Source: Camelus dromedarius
Lineage: Eukaryota
Direction of reading: 5' to 3'
Length of the DNA: 64,000 nt
Assembly: GCF_036321535.1 (NCBI RefSeq)
Contig: NC_087437.1
Coordinates: forward strand, 69,132,001 to 69,196,000
The notes below the pieces were generated by a model. That model worked only from the letters and a program-made list of their open reading frames with translations. It had not been told where the DNA came from and did no database searches. Every line of letters starts with the position of its first letter. Position 1 is the stretch's first letter. Below, one piece after another: positions 26,199 to 40,552 of the stretch. Made by a program: the position numbers and the translations under genes.

Positions 26199-27059
26199 GG
26201 TAGTGTAGCTTATTACACAGATTATCCCCAAAATGAAATATTCTAAGTAGAATGAGTACATGAGTAAAAACCCAATGGAAAAGAAAATGTAGGACTGATG
26301 AGAGTTCCAAAGGGGATTGGTTATGTTGAAAATACTGTCAAAATTTAAAGGCTGAAAAAATGCCTAGAAAGCGCAATCAACCATGTAGATTGTGAAGAAA
26401 AGTTTATGAAGGAGCTTACAGCTCTTTGGTCTTGCTTCAGCAGGTTGGTGGTGAGGTTGGCAAGGTGAAGGAGTAATTTGTAAGTTTATACATGACTGAT
26501 TTAATAAGGAATCAAGTCATTTGAAATGTCAAGGGAAAACAGATGAATTTCCCATGCAGGTGGAAATTTAACCCCCCCCCCCATCCAATCCTTCTCTTCA
26601 TTTGGAGTGGTCAAGTGGAAAGAGTGGAGACTGGGAAACAGGACTCTAGCCTTGCTTGTGCTTTGGGCATGTTGTTTCTCATTTCTGGGTCTTTTTTTGT
26701 TACCCTTTTTGTGTACTTCATAAGGATATTTGAGATTACACCAATATAGTTAATGTGTAAATCTATGAAGGTTGAATGTCTCTAAATAAAATTTTGTCAG
26801 TGTAAAGGATGATAATATTACTTGTGATGTAAATGGTCCCTTTTGTCTTTTGGCAGTGGACTACTGCTCTCAGAATTGATATAAAAGTAATGTTGAATAA
26901 AATAAACAGAGAAATGAAGACTGCCCTAGACACAATTGTAAAGTTGTGGAAGAAGACAGTAGAATGGAATAATTATTAAAAGAGAATAAGTAGATGTCAG
27001 CAGGATGGAAAGAGGAATTAGAAGAGTCGGGTGTGGAGTGGCAGAAAAGATACGCAGTA

Positions 27060-27165
27060 GATGAAAGCTCTGGAGACCTGGGTCTAATCCTGGCTCTGGC
27101 ACTAGCTGAGTGATCTGAAGCAAGCTACTGAATCTCTCTTAGACTGGAACTTCTCCACCACTAAC
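27060..27165 (+). mobile_element. MIR fragment
   Basis: 'gacctgggtctaatcctggctctggcactagctgagtgatctgaagcaagctact'. Confidence 0.7.
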
Positions 27166-28650
27166 AAAAATATCTTCTATCAAATGAAATTGAAAGTGGA
27201 ACCTCAGTGTATAAAAGTAGCTTAGAGTTTTGTTTCTTTTGTTGAAATCTTTTTTGGCATTCTCTTTACTCCCACTCCACACTGTGACCTTGGGTCACCT
27301 GTTAAAAAATCCAAGAATTTGGAGGGAAGTAGTTTGAAAACCTGGGAACTGGATAGCATCTAATGGTCTTTCTAATAGTATCATTCTTACTTTTGAGATT
27401 CAGACATTCCCAGAGAAGTTTGAATTCCCTTAAGAAGGGAATCTAAATGGATTTTAAAGATTGACTCTGATGGAAAAGGTGGCTGATGATTGATTAAGCT
27501 TATTGTTGACTGACTGGTTTGGAAACAAACATTAAGAAATAATATTCACCATAAAAGAAAGATGATTTCATGAGGAAGTAGTCTTCCCCAAATCAATAGT
27601 ATTTTAAGAAACAGTTATATAAGTAGAGTAAGAAGACGAGCTGTGACAGTATTGAGTGAAAATAACCTGGCTCAGAAGACTGAACTTTCCATATTCCTTG
27701 ATACCCAATGCAGTCTGATCAACTTTGCAACCCAGAGGGACAAACACCCCAACACATCCCAGCAAAAGGTTGTCAGGGATTTTATCTTTGCCAGGTGTTA
27801 TTTGGACTACTTTGTTTCATGCTATCCCCCTTTCCCCAATAATTCAGTGATGTTTATATATGGAAATACTGAGTGCATGGCCCATTCCTAGTAAGAGGCA
27901 CCTTAATTACCTCTGACCAGGTTCATTGAATCTTTTGGCACAAGTAAAGGTAGGTGTGGAGGCTAGGTAGGGAGGGAGCCTCCTGCCTTTCCAATGAAGT
28001 CATCATTCTTTACCAATTTTTTTTTTTTTTTGCAAAATGCTAATCAGCAGTGCTTTTACAAAAAAAAAAAAGTTCACACAGCTCTTTTTTGAGTTTCATA
28101 ATAGGATTGCTGTTGTTTGGGATTTTAAAGTTTTTGGAAAATCCTGAACATTTCACTTTTACTTTAAGCCTGAACTCTCAATTTCCAAGTTTGAATTAGC
28201 CCAGTGGTCTGTAAAGGTGCTGTCAAATGGGCTACAGAGTTGAAAGAAGAAATGGAGAAATGCAGCATTGGGTGGGTGGGAAAATGCATTTACATGAGGG
28301 TCTTCTTACACCTCTCATCTGTATATTGTTGATGCAGTAACAAGCCCATGAAATTTCATGTTAAAACAATTTTTTTTTTAATTTTGAAAGTTTCTGTAGC
28401 ACCCACTTTTGTTGGATCTCAGATCCAGATGCCCTCACTAAGGGTTGTAAGTCACACATTTGGCTGAAATCTCACTTGATATGCTTGATGATCCTGGAGA
28501 GTCATCTTATTTTATGGCTAAAAAGAGGAACTGGAATTACAATTTTTTTTTCAGCTCCTTCTTCTCTAAGCAGTTGAAGGCCTCATGTCTAGTCTCTTTC
28601 CATTTTTTTTAGTCCTCTACTTTTTGGGGGCTCCCTTTGACTTTCCTAAA

Positions 28651-28652
<2 letters not shown>

Positions 28653-28690
<38 letters not shown>
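28653..28690. repeat. (TG)n microsatellite
   Basis: Directly visible. Confidence 0.97.
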
Positions 28691-28691
<1 letters not shown>

Positions 28692-31559
28692 ACTTGTATG
28701 TAGTAGGAAGTGATTTGAGAGAAGAAAAGAATAGATACTAGGCTTAGAGATTTGGGGAGAAAATAGAAGGAAGCATTTCAATTCTGCTTTTTATTATTTT
28801 AAGTTCTTTATGTGGGTAGAACTGAGCCAGACCCTAAAATGAATATTTAATTTGGACAAATAAATAATATTGTATCTCAGTAATCTGGAAAGAAAATGAA
28901 GTGTGTATATGTGTGGAGTGTATGTGATCTCCAGCATCTGGCAAAGTATCTGGCACCTAGATACATATTTACATGTATGGTAATAGTATATTCTATATAT
29001 ACCACTATAGTGGTATAAACATACACTATATATAGTAATATTATATGCTCTATATATTACTTTAGTACTATTTACATATGTTATATGTGTTTTGTGTATA
29101 TATATATATATATATATAAACACACACACACAATATTGTGAGAAATCTGTCTTATAGAAGACTTGGAGCATCTAATTACTTGCTGATTAATTGGCTTCTG
29201 CCCTTGATATGCTGGATTTTAGGACTGGCTAGCTGTCAGGGAAACTGCTGAGAGTATAAAGCAGGGAGAGGGGATAGGGTTTTATGATGGCTGGGCTACT
29301 GAGTCTAGAGGGTGAAGGAATGGCAGTAAAAACCAATGATTACATCCTTCCTCTGCTGAGATGGCATTAGGAATGAGGCAAGCCTGACCTTCTAGAAGGG
29401 AACTTAGAAGAGGATTGAGTGGCCTGGAGCTGATTAAGGCAGTGTCAATAAAATGAAGTTGTGGTGACATTCATGGTTTAAAAACATTAACTTTACAGAA
29501 TTATTTTCCTAAGGCCTCTGGGCAGATTCTGACTTGATCCAGCAACAATGTCTGCTTGGCTCCAAACTGACGGGCATCTGCTAACTTTTCTAACTGCTTT
29601 AATCATTTTGGGGGCTCTTTTTTAGAACCTCTCCAAATCTCCTCCTTTTCATTAAAGTCTCAAACCTTCAAAGTCCATGCCAATTTTAATAAAGGTCTAG
29701 AAGGATTACCTTATGTTCCCAATTTAGTATTCCTATTTAATATTCCATTCTTTGTCTCACTTAATATTTCAAAATGCAGAGTGGGAATCCTTGAATTTTC
29801 ACACACCAGTGACTTATAGAACAAAAATCTGAAATTCAATCTTAAGATCACACATAAGCAAAAAGCAATTTGTGTGTATGTCTGCCTTATCTACTGCAGT
29901 ATGATGTTCTCAAGGAAAAGGACTTTGTCTTTCTCAAATTCACACCCTGCCCCCGCTGCCCAGAGCCCTTAGCATAGTGTCTGGCTCCTTTTTTATTCCT
30001 TTTGTCAGAAGTAAATACTCAGGGTTAGTTTACTGTTTTCATCTTCAAACACTCCTAATCAAGAGTGCTTGAGAACTCAAAGCTGAAAGGAAAATTAAGA
30101 ACAACAACAACAAAACAACAGAAAATGTGTTCAGTCCACATATTAGATACATTCTGAACTTTCAACTCCCTTTTTCATGGCCCAGTGTAGGACATGAGGT
30201 AAAGGGTGAAGATAAACGGAAAAAATGATATAGTCCTAAAAAAAGATAGAAGGGTGCAAAGAAGGGACATTTTAGGAATAGAGACTAAACCAAATATGAA
30301 TCAGAAGAGTAGGGAAGGTGGGAGAGAAGGTAGAAACAGACAAAAAGAAAGACAGGGATGATGTTACATGTTAAAACAGGGAAAAGTGTGTGAGTGATCT
30401 CATAATTCTCCCTGTTCAAAATCTGTCATATTTCAGCCTGGGGAAATCTGGACATATAGCTCAGGTTGAACGAGCTTCCACAGTCATTCGCTGGAGACAC
30501 AGCTGAGCTAGATGGCTGGCTCTTCTTTGCCTTATCCTCAAAGGTCTCATTCCTGCATTCCAAAATTGTAGCCTTCTCTAAATAATCTATTTAGGTCTTA
30601 GAGAAATAGATATGATAGTTCAGATATTCCCCAGTAGCAACTCTTCAGGCTAGTGAACAGATCATTAACTGAAGCATCACCCACTTAAGATGAGGCCTGA
30701 AATTTCAGGTTATCTCTGATGACTTTAATGGAATAGCTATAAATGGCTGAGAAATATCTTCACACAGAAGATTTCAGTAGGTTATAAGAAGTTACAGGTA
30801 CTGCTTTTTCAGAATAAGATTTCATGGGAAATGTAAATGCCAATGTTGTTTCTGTTTTTCACGGACGTGGTCCATTTCATCTAGGTTATCAAATTAGTAA
30901 TAGACCAATGTTGCTTCTGAAAAAAACAATACCTGACCCCACCCCCAGCACCCACAAAGTACTTATTAAAGTTAGGTCCTTACACTTGAGTAAAATGAAG
31001 TGCTTTGTGATGCCTACAGTAACAGTATAATTCTTAGTTCGAGTAATCACTCTGAAGATCAAGGCTTTCCTCAATTGGTCTAAATTAAATTGAGCCATTT
31101 CTACAATCCCCTATGGAACTCTCACCATCATTAAGCACTCCTCTAGGCACCATGCATTCAAAGACAAATATAGTTCCTATCCTTAAAGAGTTCATGATAT
31201 AATGATAATAGATCATAATCTACTCCGATGAAGTAGACAGAAGTATTTGCAAAGAATTCTGATGTTTGACAATTGTGCTACCCAAATGACTTAAGTGCTC
31301 ACCAGGAGGATAAAGCGATGGGCACTGACTGAGATGGAGCAAGAAGGCAGAAAGAGATGGTGTTTGAACTGGGTCTTGATTTAGGAGTAAGGATTTGCTG
31401 CATAAAGAAAAGTTGGAAGCAAGGAGTAGGGGAGGGGGGTAGGGATATTCTACCCAAGGAAACAGACTAAACAAAATGACATGCAGATACAAATACACAT
31501 GCACATACTCATATATGTTCCCCTTTGCTTGACTGTTACCATAGTTCAATCAGAGTTCT

Positions 31560-31705
31560 GAACTGAGAATAAGAAGAAATGCGTTCCCATTCTGGCTCTG
31601 CTAGGATCTATTGTGTGACCTCGAGCAAGACCTTTAAAGTATCCAGTTATTCCATTTGTAAAATGAAAGGGCTAGATTTCACACTGGCTATAGCCCCATC
31701 CAGTA
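31560..31705 (+). mobile_element. MIR/MIR3 fragment
   Basis: 'ttctggctctgcta...tgtgtgacctcgagcaag...ccatttgtaaaatgaaagggctaga'. Confidence 0.65.
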
Positions 31706-34199
31706 GGAAAAAAATGGGAGGTACAGCTAAACCTCTTTGATTTAAATTTATGATTTAGGAAATATAAGAATAGTTTAAGAGAAATGATCTTAGATAGACT
31801 CTTTTTTGTTTCATATAAAGGAAAATATTTTAGATTCTCATCAGTAGGAAAGAATGCAAATTAAATTTTTCTTTGCTTTGAAATTCTTTACCATGTGATA
31901 ACACAGAAATCTTAGACTATAAATTTGATATTTTTCTTTAAAAATTAAGGAAACTTTTTTTCTTAAAATTCAGGTAAGGACAGGCACTCCTCAGAGCTGG
32001 GACATTGACATATAGTACATTATAACACTCTGTCTGGCTCTGCCTAGGCAAGTGGAGATGATAAAGAATCAGTGCTGTACATAGCCCCAAGTCCAGGTGA
32101 CAGCGAGAATTAAATGGCTGGAAATACAGTGAGGATATACCAAATCGCATGCTCATATCTGACTATCTGTAGGATTTGCATTTGTCAAATATGAAAACTT
32201 GAGCTCAGAAACCACATATTATACCAAAGATAGCACCAGACATATTATCCTTCCTTCTGCAAACATCTCTCCAAGACTTGGGCTCAAGGTTTCAATCTTC
32301 AATTCTCTGGTATCTCATTTGTCCCATCTGGAGGCAACTGAGCAACTTAGTGGCAACTCTAAGAAGCAAACTTGAAATTTAAATTCTGCCAATTACATAG
32401 TTATATTTTAGATGAATTAATAATGAGTTACTAGACAAATAACTAACTGGGTGTGAAGTCACCAACTGTCCAGTTTTTAATATATCTTTGGTGGGCATAT
32501 TTTTGCATGTGTGCCTCTATATGGTGGTGTATAATGTTCCATAGCTTTTCAAGTTGGGCTGAAGTGTTTTGGGGGGAAAGCAATAATTTAGTGCTAGTTA
32601 CCAAAGGTAAGCTTTTTCACTTGTCAAATGCTCGGACAATATCAGAATCTCAAAGCTTATTTGCACATTGGAGTAACTATTGTAAAATGGCATTCTAGGA
32701 AATAGATTCCATGTCAGTTGTTTACTAGGAAAAAAAAAAAACATCAAACTTGTATTTAGGTCATTCTTTTCATAAAGGTTCATCATCTGCTAATGATGAA
32801 GTTAGGGCCTATAATGTTGGAATTTCTCTTGGGAACATGGAAGTCCCATTATACACGTGGCAATCATCTCTCTATTCATCTGTTGATGGATGTCTCTAAT
32901 CATCTGTTGAATTAGTGGCAGGTCTAATGTAACTCCGGATAAGACAGAAGGGAACATTTGGAGAGGAGACCACCCCTCTCCTTCAGGGTGTTTATCACTT
33001 CATTACATACATAGGAATGTCCTTTCTCTACCCTGAGTTCTTATCCTTTGATATTGATCCAAACCACTTAGTGATGAATACAGCCAGCACTCTCCTTCTA
33101 TTTAAAGGTCTTAAGTATCTATTATTGTTTTTATGTTTATTATCTTAATACCTGCCATTTATAATATCTTTCTTCCAAAGAGCTCTCTGGAGTGCAATAG
33201 GGTGTCAAGTGAAGACAAATGAATGTGAAAGCACTTTGTGCTCTACAGATGAAAGGAGAGTCCCTCTGGACCTGCTGTTTTCCAGGAACAACTTTGCTCG
33301 CTTCTTCCTTGTTTTCTTGTTCCAACATGGCAAATCGTATCCAAGTTGCAGCTCTCAGACTCCACTCTTCTTTTTCTTCTCACACACACGTGCACATGCA
33401 TTTCAACTCTCACCTTTATCCTGATCAGTCCCCAATCTGTGTTTCACTACTGGATTCTTTCTTAAAGCCCTGCTCCATACTTACAGCTGTCTTTTGTAAG
33501 TTTCTTCTTTAATATTTAAACAATCTAGCATTCCCAACATAAAGGTCATTATTTATTTATCATTAAAAAAAACTATTCTGTAACTTTATTTGATATTCAA
33601 AATGCATTTCAGAAGTACAGATTTTTTCTGAATGGCCTGGCCCCAGTTAGAAATAGATTAGAATAAAGAAAGATATAAGGAGATCAAAGGCAAAGGATTA
33701 TGATGAACAACCAAATTCAGTGAGCATAGAATATGCTGGACTGTTTCGGATTAAGAATTCAAGAGTGAAATCTAGTGAGAACTACTAGGAAAAAGTAGGA
33801 TTATAGTAAACAAATTTAGGGTAATCAAGCTTCAGTGAGTAAGGTCCATTTCAGCCACTTCAGGTGTTATGTGTATTTCAGATATGTTCCAAAGTGCATA
33901 TCACATTTTTAGAGTGGACATTAGAGAATAATTAATGTCATTTTATTTATGAGCAATAATAAATATGAGCATTAATACCAAAAGGATTGTATGTTTTCTT
34001 TTTGGAATTTTTCCTTTCTTAATTATGCAAGTCTGGGAAACTCTTACCAATTGAGGTGATGCAGCCAAATCCACTAAGGAGCACACTGCCTCCAGTAGCA
34101 GCAGCTAACCAAATGACAGGGTTAGGAGGGATGGTTAGGAGGAATTAGTCCCTTCACCCACTCCTGTCCCCAGCACACTCCACTCTGCTTTTTCAACTC

Positions 34200-35000
34200 C
34201 CTGATCTCCATCAATGATGACCCCATTCTCCAGAAACTCAGAGGGGTTCATGGGTCTCATCTTGAATACCTTCCTCTTATCCATTTCATATATCCAGTTA
34301 CTCAGTGATTCCTTTTGATTCTTCCTTTAGAGCTCTTACGTTTATTCTTCTCCACCCTCACTGAAAGGTCTTTACCTTTCAAGCCTGAGTTTCTGAGACA
34401 GTCCCAGCTGGGTCCTCCATTTTATACAACTGCTACACCAAATGCACTTTCAAGAATTTGCCCCCCACTCCCCGCAAATAAAATGCTTCTTGTTTACTAA
34501 TGCATTAAGTTTAGATTTCTCCTTTTCTGTCTTTTAAGATCTTTATAATCCATCTCTGCCCTCCTTTCTAACTGAGTTTCCTGCCATTCCCCCAGCATGG
34601 ATTCTCTCTGGCTGGGAACACTTTCTTCCCTGCCCTATTCCCTTGCTCTGTGATATTAGCTTCTAACTTGGCACTTACCCTTTGGTTGGCCCTCCTGAAC
34701 TTTACACTAATTTACAATTGTTAACATCCCAAATATCCTTGAGGACCCCATCCCCCTGTCCTACCTTCCCCTTTTAGGAAACAGCTCGGTTACCACCTTC
34801 TTTAGAAAGCTTTCCCTCCAGTCTGGATTAGGTGGCGTCCTTTACTTGGACATAGTGCACAGTTCATACTTACTGTCATTGCTTAACTATCTGTATCTTT
34901 CCAGGCTGTTCACTCTTTGAAAGCAAGAATCTTACCCTGTTCTTCTTTGTGACCTCAGTGCATAGTATCCTGACTGACACATAGAAGGTTGAAGTGATCT
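34200..35000 (+). mobile_element. Degraded L2 3' region
   Basis: Pyrimidine-rich L2-like segments ending 'ctctttgaaagcaagaatctt...gtgcatagta...gacacatagaagg'. Confidence 0.5.
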
Positions 35001-37669
35001 CCATATGTTTTGAGTTTCTTTGCATTTAGGGCACTTTTCTTAAAATTTAAGACTTAATTATAAACTATTTTTGAATCATTGACCAATCTATTTGTTGACC
35101 TTTTCCCAACAGGGTGGAAAATTTCTTTTTACAAAAGGATCTTATCATATAGTCCATGCTGAATGTTTCCATAGATCTTTCAGAGTACCCACTTACATAG
35201 TTGGTGATCAATAAATTCTTATTTAATTAAATAACCAAAAAATTATTGCTAGTAATATTATCAACCCAAAATAATGTAACCCAAATTGGTAGAGATGCAA
35301 AGAAGTTATGAATTATCACTTAATATTGCTCCTTAATAGCAAGATGATCATTTTTTTATCCCAAGAAAAATAATTTTACTCTGTTGGTTTACACATTAAA
35401 ACAGGTACCAGCATTAGAATGTATCACATCAGCTGATGAGTAAAAATGTCCTATTTTAAGAGATAATTGATCACATTACAAGTTTCCCTTTACTTCCTTG
35501 TACATTTCCTTATGCTGGCTCATACTCCCTCTTGTTTACTTAGGGTTGTCACAATCCAAATCCTCACACCTGCTTATCATTTTCTCTACTGTCCTACCTA
35601 CCCAAACTTAGTCCTTACATCCAAGTTGGATATTTCCTAGATCAAATCTCTACCTATAATCTATTTTTCCTGAAACAGCAGATATTACTGGTATCAGCTC
35701 ATTCTCATTGCTTCTAAACATCAGAAAAGGCTTCTACAGCCACTATTCAGCCTGATTCTATCCTAACATCAATACTCACGCTTTCTTACAGTAGAAAAAG
35801 AGAACACCATTGAAGGAATAAGAGACTCTAGTTTTGATTTTGCTATTGAAAAAAAAGGCTGCATAAAATATTATGTGATAAATCATTGTTGGATATGGAT
35901 ATTGGGGATATTTACTAACTGCATTGGAAATTGTCTTTATTTTGGAATTGTCTGTATTGTCTACATTTGTTTATGTCTTATATGTCTATTATATAAAATT
36001 TTGCTATATAATTATTTCTCTATTCCTGACCAATATTTATTACCTGTATAAAAAACTGATTTAGTAGGCACAAAATTGATGGTCTAAGCTAAGTTTTTTT
36101 TTCTCTGTTGGAGGGACATTGTGATTTAATGGGTTAAGATCATATAGATTATTATTTTTTTTTTAATTTTAGATTTCTTAAGGTACTTTCACAGTTGTTG
36201 GTCTTTATCTCTTACCAGTAAGAAACAAGAGTTATGAAACTACTCTGCCATTTAAACATATTTTCTCTATTTATTTCACCTATTAAAGATTTACTGGGTT
36301 TAGGAAACCCTCCTTGTATCATATCCCTTCAGAGGCTGGAATTCTGCAGTCACTTACACACAAGTATAAATTATTTTAATTAGCTTTTTCTTCTCTGACA
36401 AGAGAGAATAGGAATATCTGTTAAGAATGGAGTTAACTTTGGAGAGTAGGATGTCAGTTGCCAAAGAGCTACAGTAGACTGTCTATGGAGGGCATATAAA
36501 GAAGAAAAGACTGCCCCAGGAAGCCAGTTGGTAAGGAATTCCACTCCAGTTCTTACGCTGACACAATCTGTAATACTCTGGCATCCCTAAAAGTCATCTC
36601 AAGCCTTGCCCATGGTTCTAGAGCCCCGGGCTGGACAGAGCACAAATCAATTCAAACAGCAAATTGAGGATTGGTCTTTGCCTTATTATCTGTCCAACTG
36701 ATGTACATTGCTTTTGTTTCTTACTTGCTTATGAGTTTAACCTAGCTGTGGATTGTTCTGATGCAGTGTATAGCTTGCCTTAGAGAAACAGGCATTTCTA
36801 ATCTAATCTACTTGTGCAGATGTTTCAGCTATGATGTAAAGGATTAACATCCTGACACTATTAGTCAGGCAGCACAGTACAATAGAAAGCACTTTTTGAG
36901 AGTTGTGCTCTCTGAATACTAATCTCAGTGATCCTAAATAACCGTGTAAACTCATAAGTTTCTGCGTTTCAGCTGTAAAATAGGGAGACTGTGCAAGAAG
37001 ATCTACTGGGTCTTTTGCAGCTTTAACATTATGCAATTATTTTAATTATGTGTACTTCCTGATTTTCCTCTGATATCTCTAATTTCACTTGAGAGCTTAA
37101 TGACTTGAAATCTCAAAGTGTTTTTCTGACAAGTGGGGTAATAATACTTGTGCTGTGTATCTCATAGGGTTGAAGAAAAATAAAACATAAAACTGTGTGT
37201 GTCTCTATGCATCGTGAACTGCAAAGTCCCATACTTGCGCATAACAACTTATTATTGGGTATTTTTCTTTCTACTATTAGTCTGGTTTAAAAAGACCCTT
37301 GATACCTCAATGTACAACCAGCAGAGGGAGACAAGTTCAGATTATATTTCTTCTTGAGACAGAATCAGTTAACTGCTATGTGTACATGTTTTCAAAAATA
37401 AAAATGAGATTCATATTACTGGAAAACATGCCACTTTCTCAGTGCTATATTTACATATTTAAGTTACAAAAACATGAGAGAAGGAAAGAGAAAACAAGAA
37501 AAAATAGGGGAGAAATCTTGATTTTGTGGGCTTAGTGTATCACAGAACTTGGAGACTACCCTCCTTATGAAGAATGTCATTCCTGTGACAACTTCCTGAG
37601 CATGTCCATCTGGAGGTACAAGCTATTTGAGTACCAGTTTAGGAACCAATCCAGAATTCTAAAAGTAGA

Positions 37670-38110
37670 ATTTCCAAATTTCCTCCAAAACTAGCTTCTT
37701 AACCTCAAGCTTCCCATTTTATCAGCCTGAATGTCGAACAATAATAAGAAAAAAGTAGAGGATACTTTTGCCTTTCCTGTTTCCTCAACTTCCATATCCA
37801 ATTAGTTGACAAGTCCCATCAGTCCCTCTGTGAAATTCCTCTACAAGTCTTCCCCTTTTTTCTCTTTCTGCTGTCATTGCCCTGTGGCCAGCTTTTATTA
37901 TCTCTTGCCTGTTCTCTTTCAGAAAGCTTAGAACTGGTCTTCCTGACTTTGACTTGTTCCAGTCCATCTTCCACTCCACTGACCATCGTCTTCTTAAAAC
38001 ACAGGTCTGGTTATCGTCACTCGCTTACTCAAAGCTTTTAATGGCTCTGTTTTGCATATAGAGTAAAGCCACACTCATTATCATGCCTGTCAAGACCCTT
38101 ACTGACCCCA
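37670..38110 (+). mobile_element. Degraded L2 fragment
   Basis: 'catatccaattagttgacaagtcc...actggtcttcctgac...ccagtccatcttccac...tcactcgcttactcaaagcttttaatggctc'. Confidence 0.65.
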
Positions 38111-39889
38111 GCTTACAAAACCCAGTCATTTTTCATTCTAACGTTTTTCCATTTCTACCCCCACGTACTTTCCTACAACTTACCTTTCCCGCTAACACAA
38201 AAATCTCTGAGGGGAGGACTTCATTCCTCATCATTATTAGAAAGTAATAGTATAAATATAATCAGTAATGTTTATCTCTTTCTCATCATGTCACCAACAA
38301 TTTTCCTATTAACCTGTCTCCGAACTAGCTTCTCTACTTCATCTTCCTTCTGACCTCTAATTTCCCATTGCCAAAATAATCTAAGAGACCAATGTCTCAT
38401 CTCACTTCTCCACAATCTAAAGTAACCTTCTAGGTATGAGATGATGCGATGAAGTGTGGGTCTTCATTCAGGATTCTTCATTATGCTGTTTCTCATGCCA
38501 ACCTTCTCTCTCTCCTTTTCCCTGCTATTCAAACAAGTCTTCCTCCAGTTCCATTCTTTGCTTCAGGCCGGTTCTCTGGGCTATCCTTTGCACAAGATGT
38601 TGCCTTCCTCCATCCTCCTCTTACATATTTGCTATGGGTTACCTAATATACCATTCTCTCCAAGAAGCCTCTTTCTTGATCACCTTTTCTGAGCCACCAT
38701 GTGTTTTGATTCTGCTCCCTTACAGCTTAGTCTTCTATTCCTCACTGGTCCATCTTAGTCTCTGTTTCATCTGTATTCACCTTACTTCTCCATCTTGGTT
38801 TGAGTTCCTGGGTTCCTTGAAGGTAAGAATTCCGAATTTTATTATTTTGCAGTATTTCTCAGCACCAGAGAGGGTTGGACATATGTAGTAATTGATTTTG
38901 GTCCTGCTTTATAATGGAGCACAGGTTTGAAAGGCCTGCCTTATAATTGTACAGTGATGATGTTTAGCCCCTCTCTGGGAAGGGCTTTCAGTGGCATACC
39001 TTTCATTCAATTGCATTAGGGCCAGGTGTCAATTCTGTACTTTGTTACTTCTCCAGCACTTAGCACAGTGCCTGTCATATGGTAAGCCTCAAAAATATTA
39101 ATTATTTTAATCAGTTGCTTTGAATTGCTTTATACATGGTAACACGTCTGATTAGACACTTGTGAATCCTCTTCCTAGCATTAGTAGAGGCAGTTCTGTA
39201 TTCACTGGTAAAAGCAGAGAGGGCTGAGAATGAGATTTATAGGTATGAAAGGAAGATACTTTTAAGCAGGCAAACTTCTTGGACCCTTTGAATAATGTAA
39301 CGACCTAACACTAGACTTGCCCTGAAGCTCAGTATTGTCAGAAACTCTTGAGAAAACATATTAGTGTTATTTACATGATTTATAGCCTCAAGATATTTAA
39401 CTAGGCATTCTGTTTAGATTTAGTAGGATAGCTATTGCCTGCTAAATAAATATAGATATTAGGTATGTAAGAAAATATTTAGTGAAGTTTAGCAGTTAAA
39501 TAGCATCGGCTCATCTTGTTAGGTACTTCTAATCTATAACAAAACTCTTCCTTATACTGACATTTAGTCAACATGTGATAACTGTATGAAGGGTAAGCAA
39601 AGTTCATACCTGAAGAAAAGCACCAACTGGGACACAGGTTTTTGTTTTGTTTGGTTGTTTTGTTCTGGTTTTTTTTTTTTTTTTTTTTTCCTGACCAGCT
39701 AGCATAAACTATCTACTTGGTATTCTGTTAGCTCTTACTGGATGACTGGTGGCTTCCTGCAAGGGAACACCAGAATTGAACTAGTATAGTAAGGGAGAGG
39801 GCTGGGATGTGGAAAACACTGATCACTTGTGATAGAACATGGCCTAAATGTGGAGGGTCTTCCCATCATGAACAAAACTAGTTAACTCA

Positions 39890-40552
39890 ATTTTCTCTCC
39901 ATTTCCATTGCTACCCCCCACTCCAAGCCAGTTGCCACACTAGGTTGACTAAGATTTCCTTCTGTTTATCTCCTTGCTTCCACTGTTGTCCTTCTACAGT
40001 CCATCGTCTGTATGTTATTCAGAGCAACCATTCTAAAAAGTAAAAAAGATCATGTCAGTCCCTTGCTTAAAAACTTTTACCGGCCAGTCAAGTCACTAGA
40101 ATAAAATCTAAATTTCTTACCTCAGAATCTCTTCATTATGACCCCTCCTCAATTTCTAATCTTATCTGCTTTTTCCAACTATTTCCCACAACGTACACAC
40201 AAACTACTTTTTAGATTTATTGTTGGCTTGGTTCTTGGGGTATGACATACCCATTCCTGCTTCAGGCCCTTTGCACATGCCATTTCTTTTATCTGGAAAG
40301 ATCTTTTTGCTGATATTTGCATGACTGCCACCTTAAATTTCAGGACATACATTTCCCTCCCCACACCTGCAGCCCATTTTCTCTGTATCACACATATTTT
40401 TCTCCATGGGATTTACTCTCCAAAATAACATTAATGTGTATTTACCTGTCTAGTGTGTGTTTCTGCATTAAGGATGTAAGTTCTATGAGAACAGAGTCTT
40501 GGTCTGTCTTGATTCACTCCCGTATCAATGAAAGTGTATTGAGTGAATGAGT
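39890..40552 (+). mobile_element. L2a-like 3' region
   Basis: 'gatcatgtcagtcccttgcttaaaac...agaataaaatctaaa...caggccctttgcacatgcc...gatgtaagttctatgagaacagag...ttgagtgaatgag'. Confidence 0.75.

Noticed and set aside
38857..38877. REST/RE1-like 'tcagcacc'
   Set aside because: Only the left half-site matches, and it lies in a probable L2 remnant.
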